The notes under the pieces: model-generated
What the model was told of the DNA's origin: nothing
What the model saw: only the letters and a program-made list of their open reading frames with translations
Database searches by the model: none
Virus record (IMG/VR): IMGVR_UViG_3300030433_002104
Coordinates: 32,001 to 96,000 of that record
DNA from: a virus
Taxonomy: Duplodnaviria > Caudoviricetes
Length of the DNA stretch: 64,000 nt
Reading direction: 5' to 3' (one strand)
Translations under genes and position numbers: made by a program
Shown here: positions 48,527 through 59,200 of the stretch, piece after piece
Position numbering within the stretch: the stretch's first letter is position 1
Layout: every line of letters begins with the position of its first letter

Positions 48527-50271
48527 TATCTATCCAATTCATAAGTCCAAGAGATGCTAAAACTATAAGAACCAGTTTTGGGAGACCAACTTTCGTTAGG
48601 AGCACTTATGAAATATTTTCTAACGCCGGGCTCTTCTTTGGGGCTCAAGCTAGTAATCAAATTTCTTAGCTGAGTTCTTGTTGGTTCTACTATGCTAGGT
48701 TTTTGTGTAACTAAACCCCTACCAGAAGCATAGTGTAGATCTGTATAATCCATCTGTAGTTCTATCTGTACATCTCTCTTATATTCCGTCCTACTGCCAA
48801 CGTACTGTAATACTGGGCCGGTTGCTCTGCCTATTACTGGCACAACAGAGAATACATCTCCCGGATAGGTATCATTGACAGATATGTTTTCTGATAACAC
48901 GCCAGATATTATGTTCGTGGGCCTGTTATCAAATTCCAAGCTGTATGTTATTTGTCCATTAAATTCATTCAAGCCTAAAGATATGGACTTGGGCTGCGAG
49001 TTCAATTCAAATGGTACTGAGTTTTGTGCCCTTCTATATATATCCGATGTTAATCCAAACTGTCCACTTTTTGATATTTCATGATATTTTTTAAGAGCAT
49101 TATCGTAAGCGCCACTGTTTTTGGGTAATTCTGCGCCGTAACCGCTGGGTGATACTTCGTTAAGGCCTGTAATTGTGCCGTCAATAGACACATTAACAAA
49201 TGCATTGTCAATACCCTTGCTAACAGACATGCTGTAGTCTTCGTAAGAGTCTCCACTAGCTAACAAGAATGTTTCACTTACGCTGAAGCTACCAGCCGCA
49301 ACATCAATGTCTTCAGTTCGTGTGTGGTTGAATCCTCTGTAAGCACTTACTAAATTTATAGTCCCACTGCCTAACTGATTATTGACACTAGGGTATGCGA
49401 GTGGAGAAGTGTTTGGATAATCAAGCACGCCACTTTTGGCTAAAAGGTTATTAATGACATAATTCTTTGCATTTTGCCAAGCAGGTATTTTATGCACCTG
49501 TCCTCCCGATGGGAAGTGGTGCGTCTTGCCTTGAGCAGAAATATTGTGTGTTATTCGGTACGACCTTGGGATAGAAAGATTCTCTGCTCTTTCGTCATCC
49601 ACTTCAATATTCCAGCTTTCAGAAAAGCTTTCAATAAACGCTCCACTTAACGCTATGACTTGTTCAGTTGTATGACCGTCGTTTGCTCCAGATATGGCGA
49701 TTTTTGAATCGGCAGGAAGTGGGTTGCCATCGTCATCTATTGTGAGGTTCTTATTAAGTAGCGTGTCGGCTTCTAGGGTAATCGTATAGTCACATCTGTT
49801 TATATACAAGCCATCTTGAAAATCTATAGAGACAACTCTTGGATAGCATATAACTGCTGGCTCATCGCCATGAACAGGCATAATTTCCAATCGCTGCCCG
49901 TCTATAGCAAACAAGGCCTTGATTGCTCTTTGTTTAGAGAATATAGCATCTAGCTTGGAGTTTTCTGGAACCGGCTGAACCTTTGGCCTGTTGTTTTCCG
50001 AGTGACCGCCCGTATTGTCAAACTGCCCATACGGGCCAGTTCCAGCTGGCGTTGTTCCATCAAAATAAGGAAATGGAGAATTATCCTGCATCTTAACTGC
50101 ATATGGACTTCCCCTGTCCTCTAGTATTGTACCAGTCAGTGTAATAGAATAAGTTATACCAACATTTTCACCACCAACCTTGTTTAGATTGGAGGCTATT
50201 GATACGAGAGGCGAAGGTCTTAAAGTACAAACCTGTGCATCGTCATTTTTGTAATATACTGATATTGGCAT
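48526..50271 (-). CDS. putative tail/baseplate structural protein, 581 aa
   Basis: Repeated beta modules (YSITLTG, YTITLEA, YRITHNISAQG, ITYSLEF, YSFSISWTY); tail-gene context. Confidence 0.55.
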   Translation of the reverse strand: MPISVYYKNDDAQVCTLRPSPLVSIASNLNKVGGENVGITYSITLTGTILEDRGSPYAVKMQDNSPFPYFDGTTPAGTGPYGQFDNTGGHSENNRPKVQPVPENSKLDAIFSKQRAIKALFAIDGQRLEIMPVHGDEPAVICYPRVVSIDFQDGLYINRCDYTITLEADTLLNKNLTIDDDGNPLPADSKIAISGANDGHTTEQVIALSGAFIESFSESWNIEVDDERAENLSIPRSYRITHNISAQGKTHHFPSGGQVHKIPAWQNAKNYVINNLLAKSGVLDYPNTSPLAYPSVNNQLGSGTINLVSAYRGFNHTRTEDIDVAAGSFSVSETFLLASGDSYEDYSMSVSKGIDNAFVNVSIDGTITGLNEVSPSGYGAELPKNSGAYDNALKKYHEISKSGQFGLTSDIYRRAQNSVPFELNSQPKSISLGLNEFNGQITYSLEFDNRPTNIISGVLSENISVNDTYPGDVFSVVPVIGRATGPVLQYVGSRTEYKRDVQIELQMDYTDLHYASGRGLVTQKPSIVEPTRTQLRNLITSLSPKEEPGVRKYFISAPNESWSPKTGSYSFSISWTYELDR

Positions 50272-53200
50272 TATTTACCTCTAATTCTCATATTCATCCT
50301 ACCTGTATTTATCACTGTTCCACTTATATGTAGGTTCATTGAGCCTGAAACAGATATTCCACTTGGGTTCCAAAGTGCCATATTCATAGTTCCAGAGGAC
50401 AAATTAGCAGAAGCAGTGTGCAGTCCTACAGTATTATACACACTGGCGGATTCTGGCCCTTGCATATAAAGATTTATATTCCCACTAGTATCAAACGGTT
50501 TCCCGCTAATATATACGTTAAGCGCGGAGAATTTAGTAGTACCTTCTGGGACAAGCCCTTGAACAGAAACAATGTACGGACGATGTTTTACAAACGCCTT
50601 ATCTCCTGACATGTCCCTACCAGACGCTTCTAGGAATATCTCACCCTGACTGTTAGAATATATTAATCCACTAGCACTATAGTTGACTGGCGTTCCGCTA
50701 ACTGGTTGATTTATTATCAATCCTACATTTGATATTCCACTGTTTGAACCATATACTTTGGCTTCAATGAATGAACCTGCTTGAGGGGTAATTTTTGGCT
50801 GTTCTCTAAGCATTGCATCATAAGTATAAGCAGCGCCAGCTTCTAAGACTGGTTCGTCTGATGCCACATTTCCACTCGCAAACATGTGATGAGGAGCACC
50901 AACAGCTAGTGTATAATCGCTGTCGGTTCTCTTGGCTCTGTAAAGAGCTACACTTTCTCCAAAGTGGTCTGACTCCGAGCCAGATATTGCAACAGGACTT
51001 GGGTCAGAAGTATATGATTTTTGCTTCCTAGCATTATTACCTTGAGCAACGATCTTTTCTGCATACTTCCATTCTTTCTCACCAGTCTTCCAGCTCTTGA
51101 GTTTATTTTCAAATGTAAACACAGCGCCGTTGTTTAGAACTGTCGTGCCGCTATTTGTTAGATCATCGACTCTTACGCCAGAAGTTCCTAAGTCATATAC
51201 ATTATGAGTTGGAATGTCAAAGGCAGCACCAAATGCTTTTCTAATAAACATTCCACTATCATATACATGCTCATGATAGTTTTCGTAATTGTGCTTAGGA
51301 GCTCCAACCACTAAGAAGTCTGCGTCCATACTAACAGAATATCCAAACTCGTCTGGAGAAATCATCATGTTTGAAAGATCTGTTCCATCGTAATTGTTTG
51401 TTCCAAGCAGTACCGCTGCGTCAACTAAGCTAGTGAAGTTAACAATACCAACATTTATGCTGCTAGGCTTAATCTTATTCTTATATTCCCAAGGCTCATA
51501 TCCACCATCGGAGCTAACGCCTGATCCAGTTCTCTCAAAGTGGAACACTGCTCCCGCACCACCTTTGCCACACAGCTCAATACCGCTGACCACGCCGGCT
51601 TCATCCTCACCAAAGAATGTTAGAGAAGACCATTCTTCTACCGTTTCTCCTTTATATCCATTGTAAGGAGTACCAACAACTAAATCATTATTGCTTAAAT
51701 CTATTGAAAATCCGAACAAGTCTCCGGGATATCCAGACTGGAATACATCTGAGTTTAAGTAGTCATAACCAGAAGCAAGCATGACGCTTGGTAATCCACC
51801 AGCTATCTTAGCATCAATGTCTGACGAGTGAGGCGAACCACTGAACAATGGAGCTCCACCAGTCAAGTCAGATACTCTACTGTAGAATTTGCTTATTTCT
51901 TTCTTCCTATCTCCCTCTTTTTCTGGAGGTGTAGGTCGTGCTATTGAGGCTACTGAAGGATTAATAGGCTCATCAAATGTCTGGCTACTAGGTCTGACGC
52001 TGACACCATCAAACAGAACGCCCAAGCCTTCTAAACCGCTAGCTGCGTAGAACCTGTATGGAGATCCTAACTCAGGAGCTTTAATCTTTTGAGTATGCTC
52101 AAAGTTTCTACCGTCCAGATTTTGGTAGCTATCAATCGCAAAATTGTTATTATCAAGATCTTCTGGGTACAGGCTTCTTATAAATTCATCTTGCTCTTCT
52201 GTTCTTCCTAAACAATCATTCTGGATTAGTGTTGCGTCACTTACTAGAACGATTCTAGACCTACTAGAGCCGGCTGGGAACGTAGAGAACTTCTCTACTT
52301 CTTCTGCTATGATTACTGGGCCGTCTGCTATTGTAGTCTCGCCGCATGAGCTGATCTTCACGCCACTATCACAGTACTTTGAAGCGTCGGTTTTGATCGC
52401 TTGGAACTTTTCTGGTATAGTAACAACTCTTTCTGGTACTACCTCTATAACCTTTTTCCAACCCACTAATACATTCTTAGTTTCCGTTGTAGTCTTAGTC
52501 TCAGTCTTAGATGTTATTGGTAGCAGACATCCAGATACAGATACCAATCTTACAGTACTTGGAGTATAGTTAAAGTCGTCTTTGTCACCGGCGTTCAAGT
52601 CGTTAGAGTCAAAGTACACACTTAAACTGTTGGATATAGCAGGCATCCTGAAATCAATGAACCCACTCTTGACCCTGCCAATTGGAGTTTTTGACATTGT
52701 GCCTGAAGACGTAACATTTTCAGAAACTGTGAATGGCTTGTCATTTTCATCAAAGTCTGTTAGACTAACGCCAAATGTATCTTCCTCGTTAGGATCTGGA
52801 CTGACATTTACACTGTCAGCAAACAGCCTAATTGGGAAGGCTTCTGTGTCATCTTCAGAGACCCAGTTATAATACAATCTATAACCAGAACCTGCAAGAA
52901 CTGGGGCTGTTAGAGTAGCCACTCCACCCTTTACTTGCCAGATCGTTTCAGTCCTTGTCTCTATGTCTCTAATTGCAAGCGTTGATCTTACAACGTAAGA
53001 AGCTGAACCCTCAACCTTTATTGGTATAAAGTCTCCAGTAGTTTGCGATGAATCAATATAGAAGTTTTTAACTACATGGTCTGTCTTACATCCTTTAATA
53101 ACTTCGCTGGCAGAATTAAGGACTTGGTTATTTGCACCGCGCATAGAATCCTGACCAATCGTAGCATATTTTTTCAGATTGTTGAGATATAAAGGTTTCA

Positions 53201-56200
53201 TATCTAAGCCAAGATCTGAACATAGTACATCTACATATCTAGCAATTGACTGATCTACATCATAAGTAATTACTAATGTTTTATTACCCTGATTTAGGAA
53301 GTCTTTGATATTTTCTATATCTTCTTCGCTAGCAAATCCATTTGGATTGGCAATCCAGCCTACGTCATAAAAATTGTTTATCACGCCTTCTACGTTCTCA
53401 GATATGCCGTGACCTTTAGATTCAAGCATAACTTTGATCACTGAATCATCTTTGGCTGATTTGAATGATGTTCTGCCAGTCCAGCCGCCAAGTTGCGCGA
53501 TACGACTCTTCTTGTCTGGGCAAGCCTTTCTTACCAAGTTGGTGTAGAACAGAATACTTTCATCGTTTCCAGCATAGAGGTTTTCCCTTTCCTCTGATGT
53601 CACAGAGGCAATAAGAACAACCTTAGATAGTTTATCAAGATATGCCCAGTTTTGTTCTGCCGCTACTGGAGATTGATTTATAACCTCTTTGTTTTCTTCA
53701 ATTGTATCGGACTTAGTTGAACCAATAGCCTGTATAACAGCGTCCCTTCCTAAATAAGCGTCTGGATCAATGTAATTAACCTGATTGAATGTAGTTATAC
53801 CACTATCTTCTGGCTCAATTAATTCAAATGCTTTTCCAATAGGATTGTCACTAAAGCTGTAAGTAGTTACTGTGGTGTTCTTTTCTGTGGTTCTCTTTTC
53901 GTAGACTGGAACCATAGTAATTTTTTCAAAAGAAGGATATACGATGCTAGAGGCTGGTATACGCTCAGCAGCTGCGACCAATGGTTTAGGTTCTTGATTT
54001 GGTCTAGCTATGACGCCCTGTAAGTCAGACTTTGGATCACAACCAGCTGAGCCATTGCCAAACACCCAAGGCCAGTTTATATACTCTTTTATCTTACGGC
54101 CTTTTTCGTCTGCACACTCTATTGCTTTTTGTGCTCTTAAATCTCCATTGCTTAGCATTGGAATAGGACAAGCCTTATTCAAAGAATCACACTCACCTGT
54201 GTAGGCATCTCCAAATCTAGCAACTATGTTATCCCACTCTGGAATATTCATTCTAATATCTGCAACACCCTTAGCGTAAATACCGCCTCTAGATATCTTG
54301 CTATCCCTTGAGTACTGTGGGTCTTTCGCAATGATAGTATTTGGCTTGCCAGACTCTGGACAATTGTACAGAGACTCATGTCGGTTTCTGGCTGGGTGCA
54401 GTCTCATCTCTGATCCTAGCTTTTCTAAGATCTCATTAAGGATGTCATTTGATTTAGAGTACACTCCGCCGTTTTCCCAAACCGGGTCGTTACCTACAAG
54501 TACCAAAGTTCTATCACCAAGAGCCATCCAATTCTTAATCTGACCAATTATTTCATCACTGGCAGCATCAACTTCTGGAGTAATAATAAATGCTAGCCCA
54601 GCATCTGTTGGTATAGATATGTCAGTGAACGCTGTTCTAGTGAATGACCTATTTACGCCATTAAATATGCCCGAAAGATCAAATGTTCCTGAAGCTTCGA
54701 GGTGCGGATTGAGCGATCTGTGCAAATTACCAAACTTGTAATATTCTACAACACCACTGTGTGGGTGATATTTTCTGGACTCAAATACTCTTACGGCTCC
54801 AGTATTTGTAGTAGATGCCCAGCCATCAAGAGCTGTGTAGGTGGTACTATCAGGTGGGAAGCCATACCCAAGATAGCCGCTAGGTCTGAAGTAAACATTC
54901 GTATCATCGTTTACATTAAAGCTATCTGTTGGAGCGCCAACCGCAACCATTGTACCGTCTTCATTGACTGCCACGCTGTAACCAAGCCTTGAAGAGCCAG
55001 TCAATTCTTCTGCAACAAATCCCCAAGTACCTGTGTAATTGATGTCATTGTAACCATAATTGTAGATGTTGCTGTATTCTTCTATGGCCATGTCGCCGCT
55101 TTGAGGTACAACCACGCCAACAGACTTAAAGAAGTCTTTGTCTCTTCTGTATTCAAACCTATCAGTGTCAGATAGTTCTGTGAATACTTTTCTAGCTGCT
55201 GCATCAGCACCGCTAACTGCGGCGTATGCATTGTAGTTGCTTAACTCGCTAGCATATGTACCTTTATCCGTTAACCAAGATACCAAGTGTTCATATATCT
55301 TAGCGGCATTTTCTGGCTTGTACTCAAACACCATACAGTTCTTTTCAGTCAAATATGGAGAGCCAATGGTTATTACTTCACAGTTTTCACTTATTGCCAC
55401 AGAGTGACCAAACCTATCAACTGGAACCCCAAGTGCTTCAGCGGGCGATTTTATCTCTTGTGTTAAGTCCCAAGTGCCCGATGCAATTCTCTCATAGACA
55501 TATACTCTACCACCACTTTCAGCGGGAGTGTTAAACTCTGCGAGTTCGGCGTTAACAAATTCAGGCCCGATTCCAGAGGCGAGTAATCCAGACCCACCAG
55601 TCACATCTAGGATGCCACTGTCCAATATATCGTTAATAACCGTAGTGGCGTAATGAGTCCAATCGTCTGGTATATTACCTTCTGGGTCTCTTTCATCATC
55701 TGTTAGGAAGTGCTCGTGGACAACTCCAGAACTTTGCTCGCCGTACCAGTTTACAATACCACTAGCAAAAGTATAGTCTTGATAGTAACCTTTGAATTGG
55801 TCGATTGCTGGTTCAACACTCTCACGACCAAACGAAGGCGTTGGGTCTACATAAATGCCTAGTATTGGTGGCAAGCCGCTATACGCCAAGTTGCCATCAT
55901 ATGGGAACGCCTTATTAAAGCCTTCCTTAATGCCGCTGAGTATGGAAGATGTGGTAGCTCCATCAACTCCGTTTCTGTCTATCTTCTGATGTATAACCCA
56001 AGATGGCAGTGCGGACAGGTCAGTTGAGAATGGCTTAGTTTCACAGACTATTAGTTTGATATCTATCTCTACGGCAGGATCTGCGTAGTATCTAAGGACT
56101 TGGTTCTTTGCCGCTATTTTATCTGTAATTTGCTTAATGTTCAGCGGCTTTGGATTAAACTCGTCTGTTATAACAATAGCGCCCAATGTTACGCCGGATA

Positions 56201-59200
56201 CTTCTATCTCATCGAATACTCCACTCCAAATTGCTCCCGGAGCTCCAACGACTGCAACCTCTCTGTCACCGCTACTTGCAATAGCAACAGAATGTCCAAA
56301 CTCTCTACCTTTTTGGCCAACCTGCCAAGCTCTTGTTTCTACATAGCTCCCTGCTACAAATGCACCAGATGGGTCTGCTTTATAGTAAGCATCTCGATAG
56401 CCAGAAGGAAGAACAAGTTTTTTGTCAAATTTCCAGTCGTGTTTAATTCCACCGCTAGGAGTGGTCTCTCTAACATAAGCAAATACTGCGCCAGCGTCTT
56501 CCAATGCGCCACTACCATTAACATCTAGCTGATGTTTAGGAGCACCAACTAACATGATTTTGTCACTTACTGAAACTGCTTTACCATAACTATCTCCCAG
56601 ATTTCTTCCAAAGTTTGAAAGTGGGTGTGGATAATCTCCAACAAGTTTGACACCAGAGAAGTTAAGATCTTCGTTAGTTCCATATTCCCATTCTTCCCAT
56701 TCTCTAGGTGGAGTAATGGCTTCAGTCGATCCAGTTTCGCCTTTAAGGGTTACTTGGTATGCAGTGTCTGGGGAAAGTCCATCATACTTTCTAATACCAT
56801 AGTAATCACCGCTATAAGAATACGCTAAATTAGTATAAGTTCTTTCAGCTCTAAATATTCCGCCTTCAACGCACTCTTCGCCTAACCACTGTGTTTCATG
56901 GGATACAACTTTGGATTCATTACACTTGTCTGTGCTTGAGCTACCGCAGGAACCATGACATATGATATCAACACCTCTAATTTCATCGTCTGCTGGCTTA
57001 GAAGCAAAAGTATTGTCATCTACAGTAATTTCTTTCCCGAAGTTAGTGCCATCCCACTTAAAGAAATTCACACCAGAATCCAAGGCATAACTAGTAGTGT
57101 GGAGTATACTAGTTCCAGATGCAGACTGAGATAATGCTATGTTACTTAGGAATAGATTCAAGTTTGAGCTAGGCGTCTGAGGGGCAAACAAAGTTACACC
57201 CATGGTGCCTGATGGGAATCTATTCTCCAGTGGTTCTGATCCGTTAGCATGTAATATTACACTTCCAGAGCTGCTAAACGAAGGCTTGGACACACTAAAT
57301 ACGGAGAGAGGCATCCTACTTTGGAAGCCAGAAAGTGCGGGCGTGAACATCGTCAAAGGTAAGCTACCACTAGACATTTCAAATGTATTGTGGAGATAAG
57401 CATTGATCTGAGTAAATGCTCTTGCCTCACCAGAGACAAACATATTCAGATTACCAGAAAGACCCGATATTGAAGCAAGATGTAAGTTCATAAGCCCATC
57501 AGCAGATGCGTTTCTTCCGCTGATAGCGATATTCATTGTTCCACTCACACCAGTTGGAGAGTACATGGTGTGCAAGAACATTCCTGATGTTCCGACTGTT
57601 CCCCAGAGATTATCAATCCCGCTACTTCCTAAGAAGTGTAGGTTCATAGTTTCTCTAGGTCTTAGTTCGCCACTGGTATGCATTATGATGCCGCTCATGC
57701 CTGCCGCATGTATACCAGAAGATTTAAGATACCCATGCTCAAGTCGGATGTGAGCGGAGTGAATGTCTAGCCTTGACTCAAACGCTCCACCAGATGGATA
57801 CACTAGGTCGTACTGTAAGAACATCTTGTCTATATCATTCGCATCATACTTGTGACCCATCTCTGTAAGATGTCTGCCAGTTGGATATACCGCCCAGCTT
57901 TCAGAGGTGTCAGTCAGGCTGTCGTAGTCGAATGTGCTGTCTATCCTGTGGATAAACCCAGAAGGCTCAAGATAGTGTATCGCTCTGTTGACGAGGCCAA
58001 AGTTTTCTGTTGCATAGTGACTTGGTTCTTGATTCTTTGTATAAAGGCTGACGATGAGTTTAGGGCCGACTTTGCCGTCACTCCATACAATATCGTTATT
58101 GGTCACATGCTCTATAACACTTTCTACGACAAGGGCTCTCTCAGAGAAGCTATATCCTCTAGGAAGTTCCTTTGATATTCTAGGGCCAATAGAGTGGAAT
58201 CTATCATGTGAATCAGTTAGATTAAATCTTAAGAAGTCATTTTCTATCTGAGTATGGTATGCAACACCACTGCTAACATTGACTGGCATTGCGTTGTCTG
58301 ATTTATCTATATAACTGACACCATCGTGCTTAATATTAAAGCGAACAAAGTCTCTACCCTCTCTCTTTGTGAATGAATCAAACGCAGGAGAGAAGTTGCC
58401 GTATTTGAACGCGCCAAGAGTCCAGTTTCTTGTATCTTCATTAAGCCTATCCCATAGCTTGTAATCATCTGAAGTGTATGCTTCACCAGAGTGCCAGAAT
58501 TTTAATCTATGATTTTCTAAGAATGATGCTGCATTTACTTGATACTTATCCAGCTGAGGCGTAACGGTAGGATCTTTTATATTTTCTTCGTTAGACAAAC
58601 CAAAGTCTGTAACGAACATATTCATGCCCACGCCAGAGCCCGGAGAGTTACCTAACTTAAGCGTGCTAGTTCCCAGATTAAGTTCCAAACCTGCACCGCC
58701 ACTAGCTCGTAGTGTATTCCAACTAGGGATAGATTCGTTGTCAGTATACAGCTTTAATGGGTATGGGTCTCCACTTTGATACGTGGCAATAACAGAAAGC
58801 GGGAAGTAGTAACCACTATATTCTACAGTATCAGTTACTTTATATGTAGTGCCGTTAGTTCCCTTTGCTATGAAAGTTAATAAATCATTTTCATATGCAA
58901 GCATGAACTCTAGGTCTTTTCCGTTGTCCCACTTAGAGACAAGAACACCAGACTGGAATAGGTCGTAAGAAGAACCGCTGACGCTTGCGTCGGGGCTAAA
59001 ACGAACAAACATACTAAATGCTTGATCTATATCAACGTCGCCAAAATCAATGTACGAATTTACGCCTGATAGTCTTACTGCGTTGTTAAAGCCGTCAGAA
59101 ATTCTTCCGTATAGCTCATGACTTTGGAAGTTATCCCCGCCATTTGCTAGAGCCGTCCAGTCTATGGTCTCGTAGGAATGAGTATGGGATGGCAGCTCTG

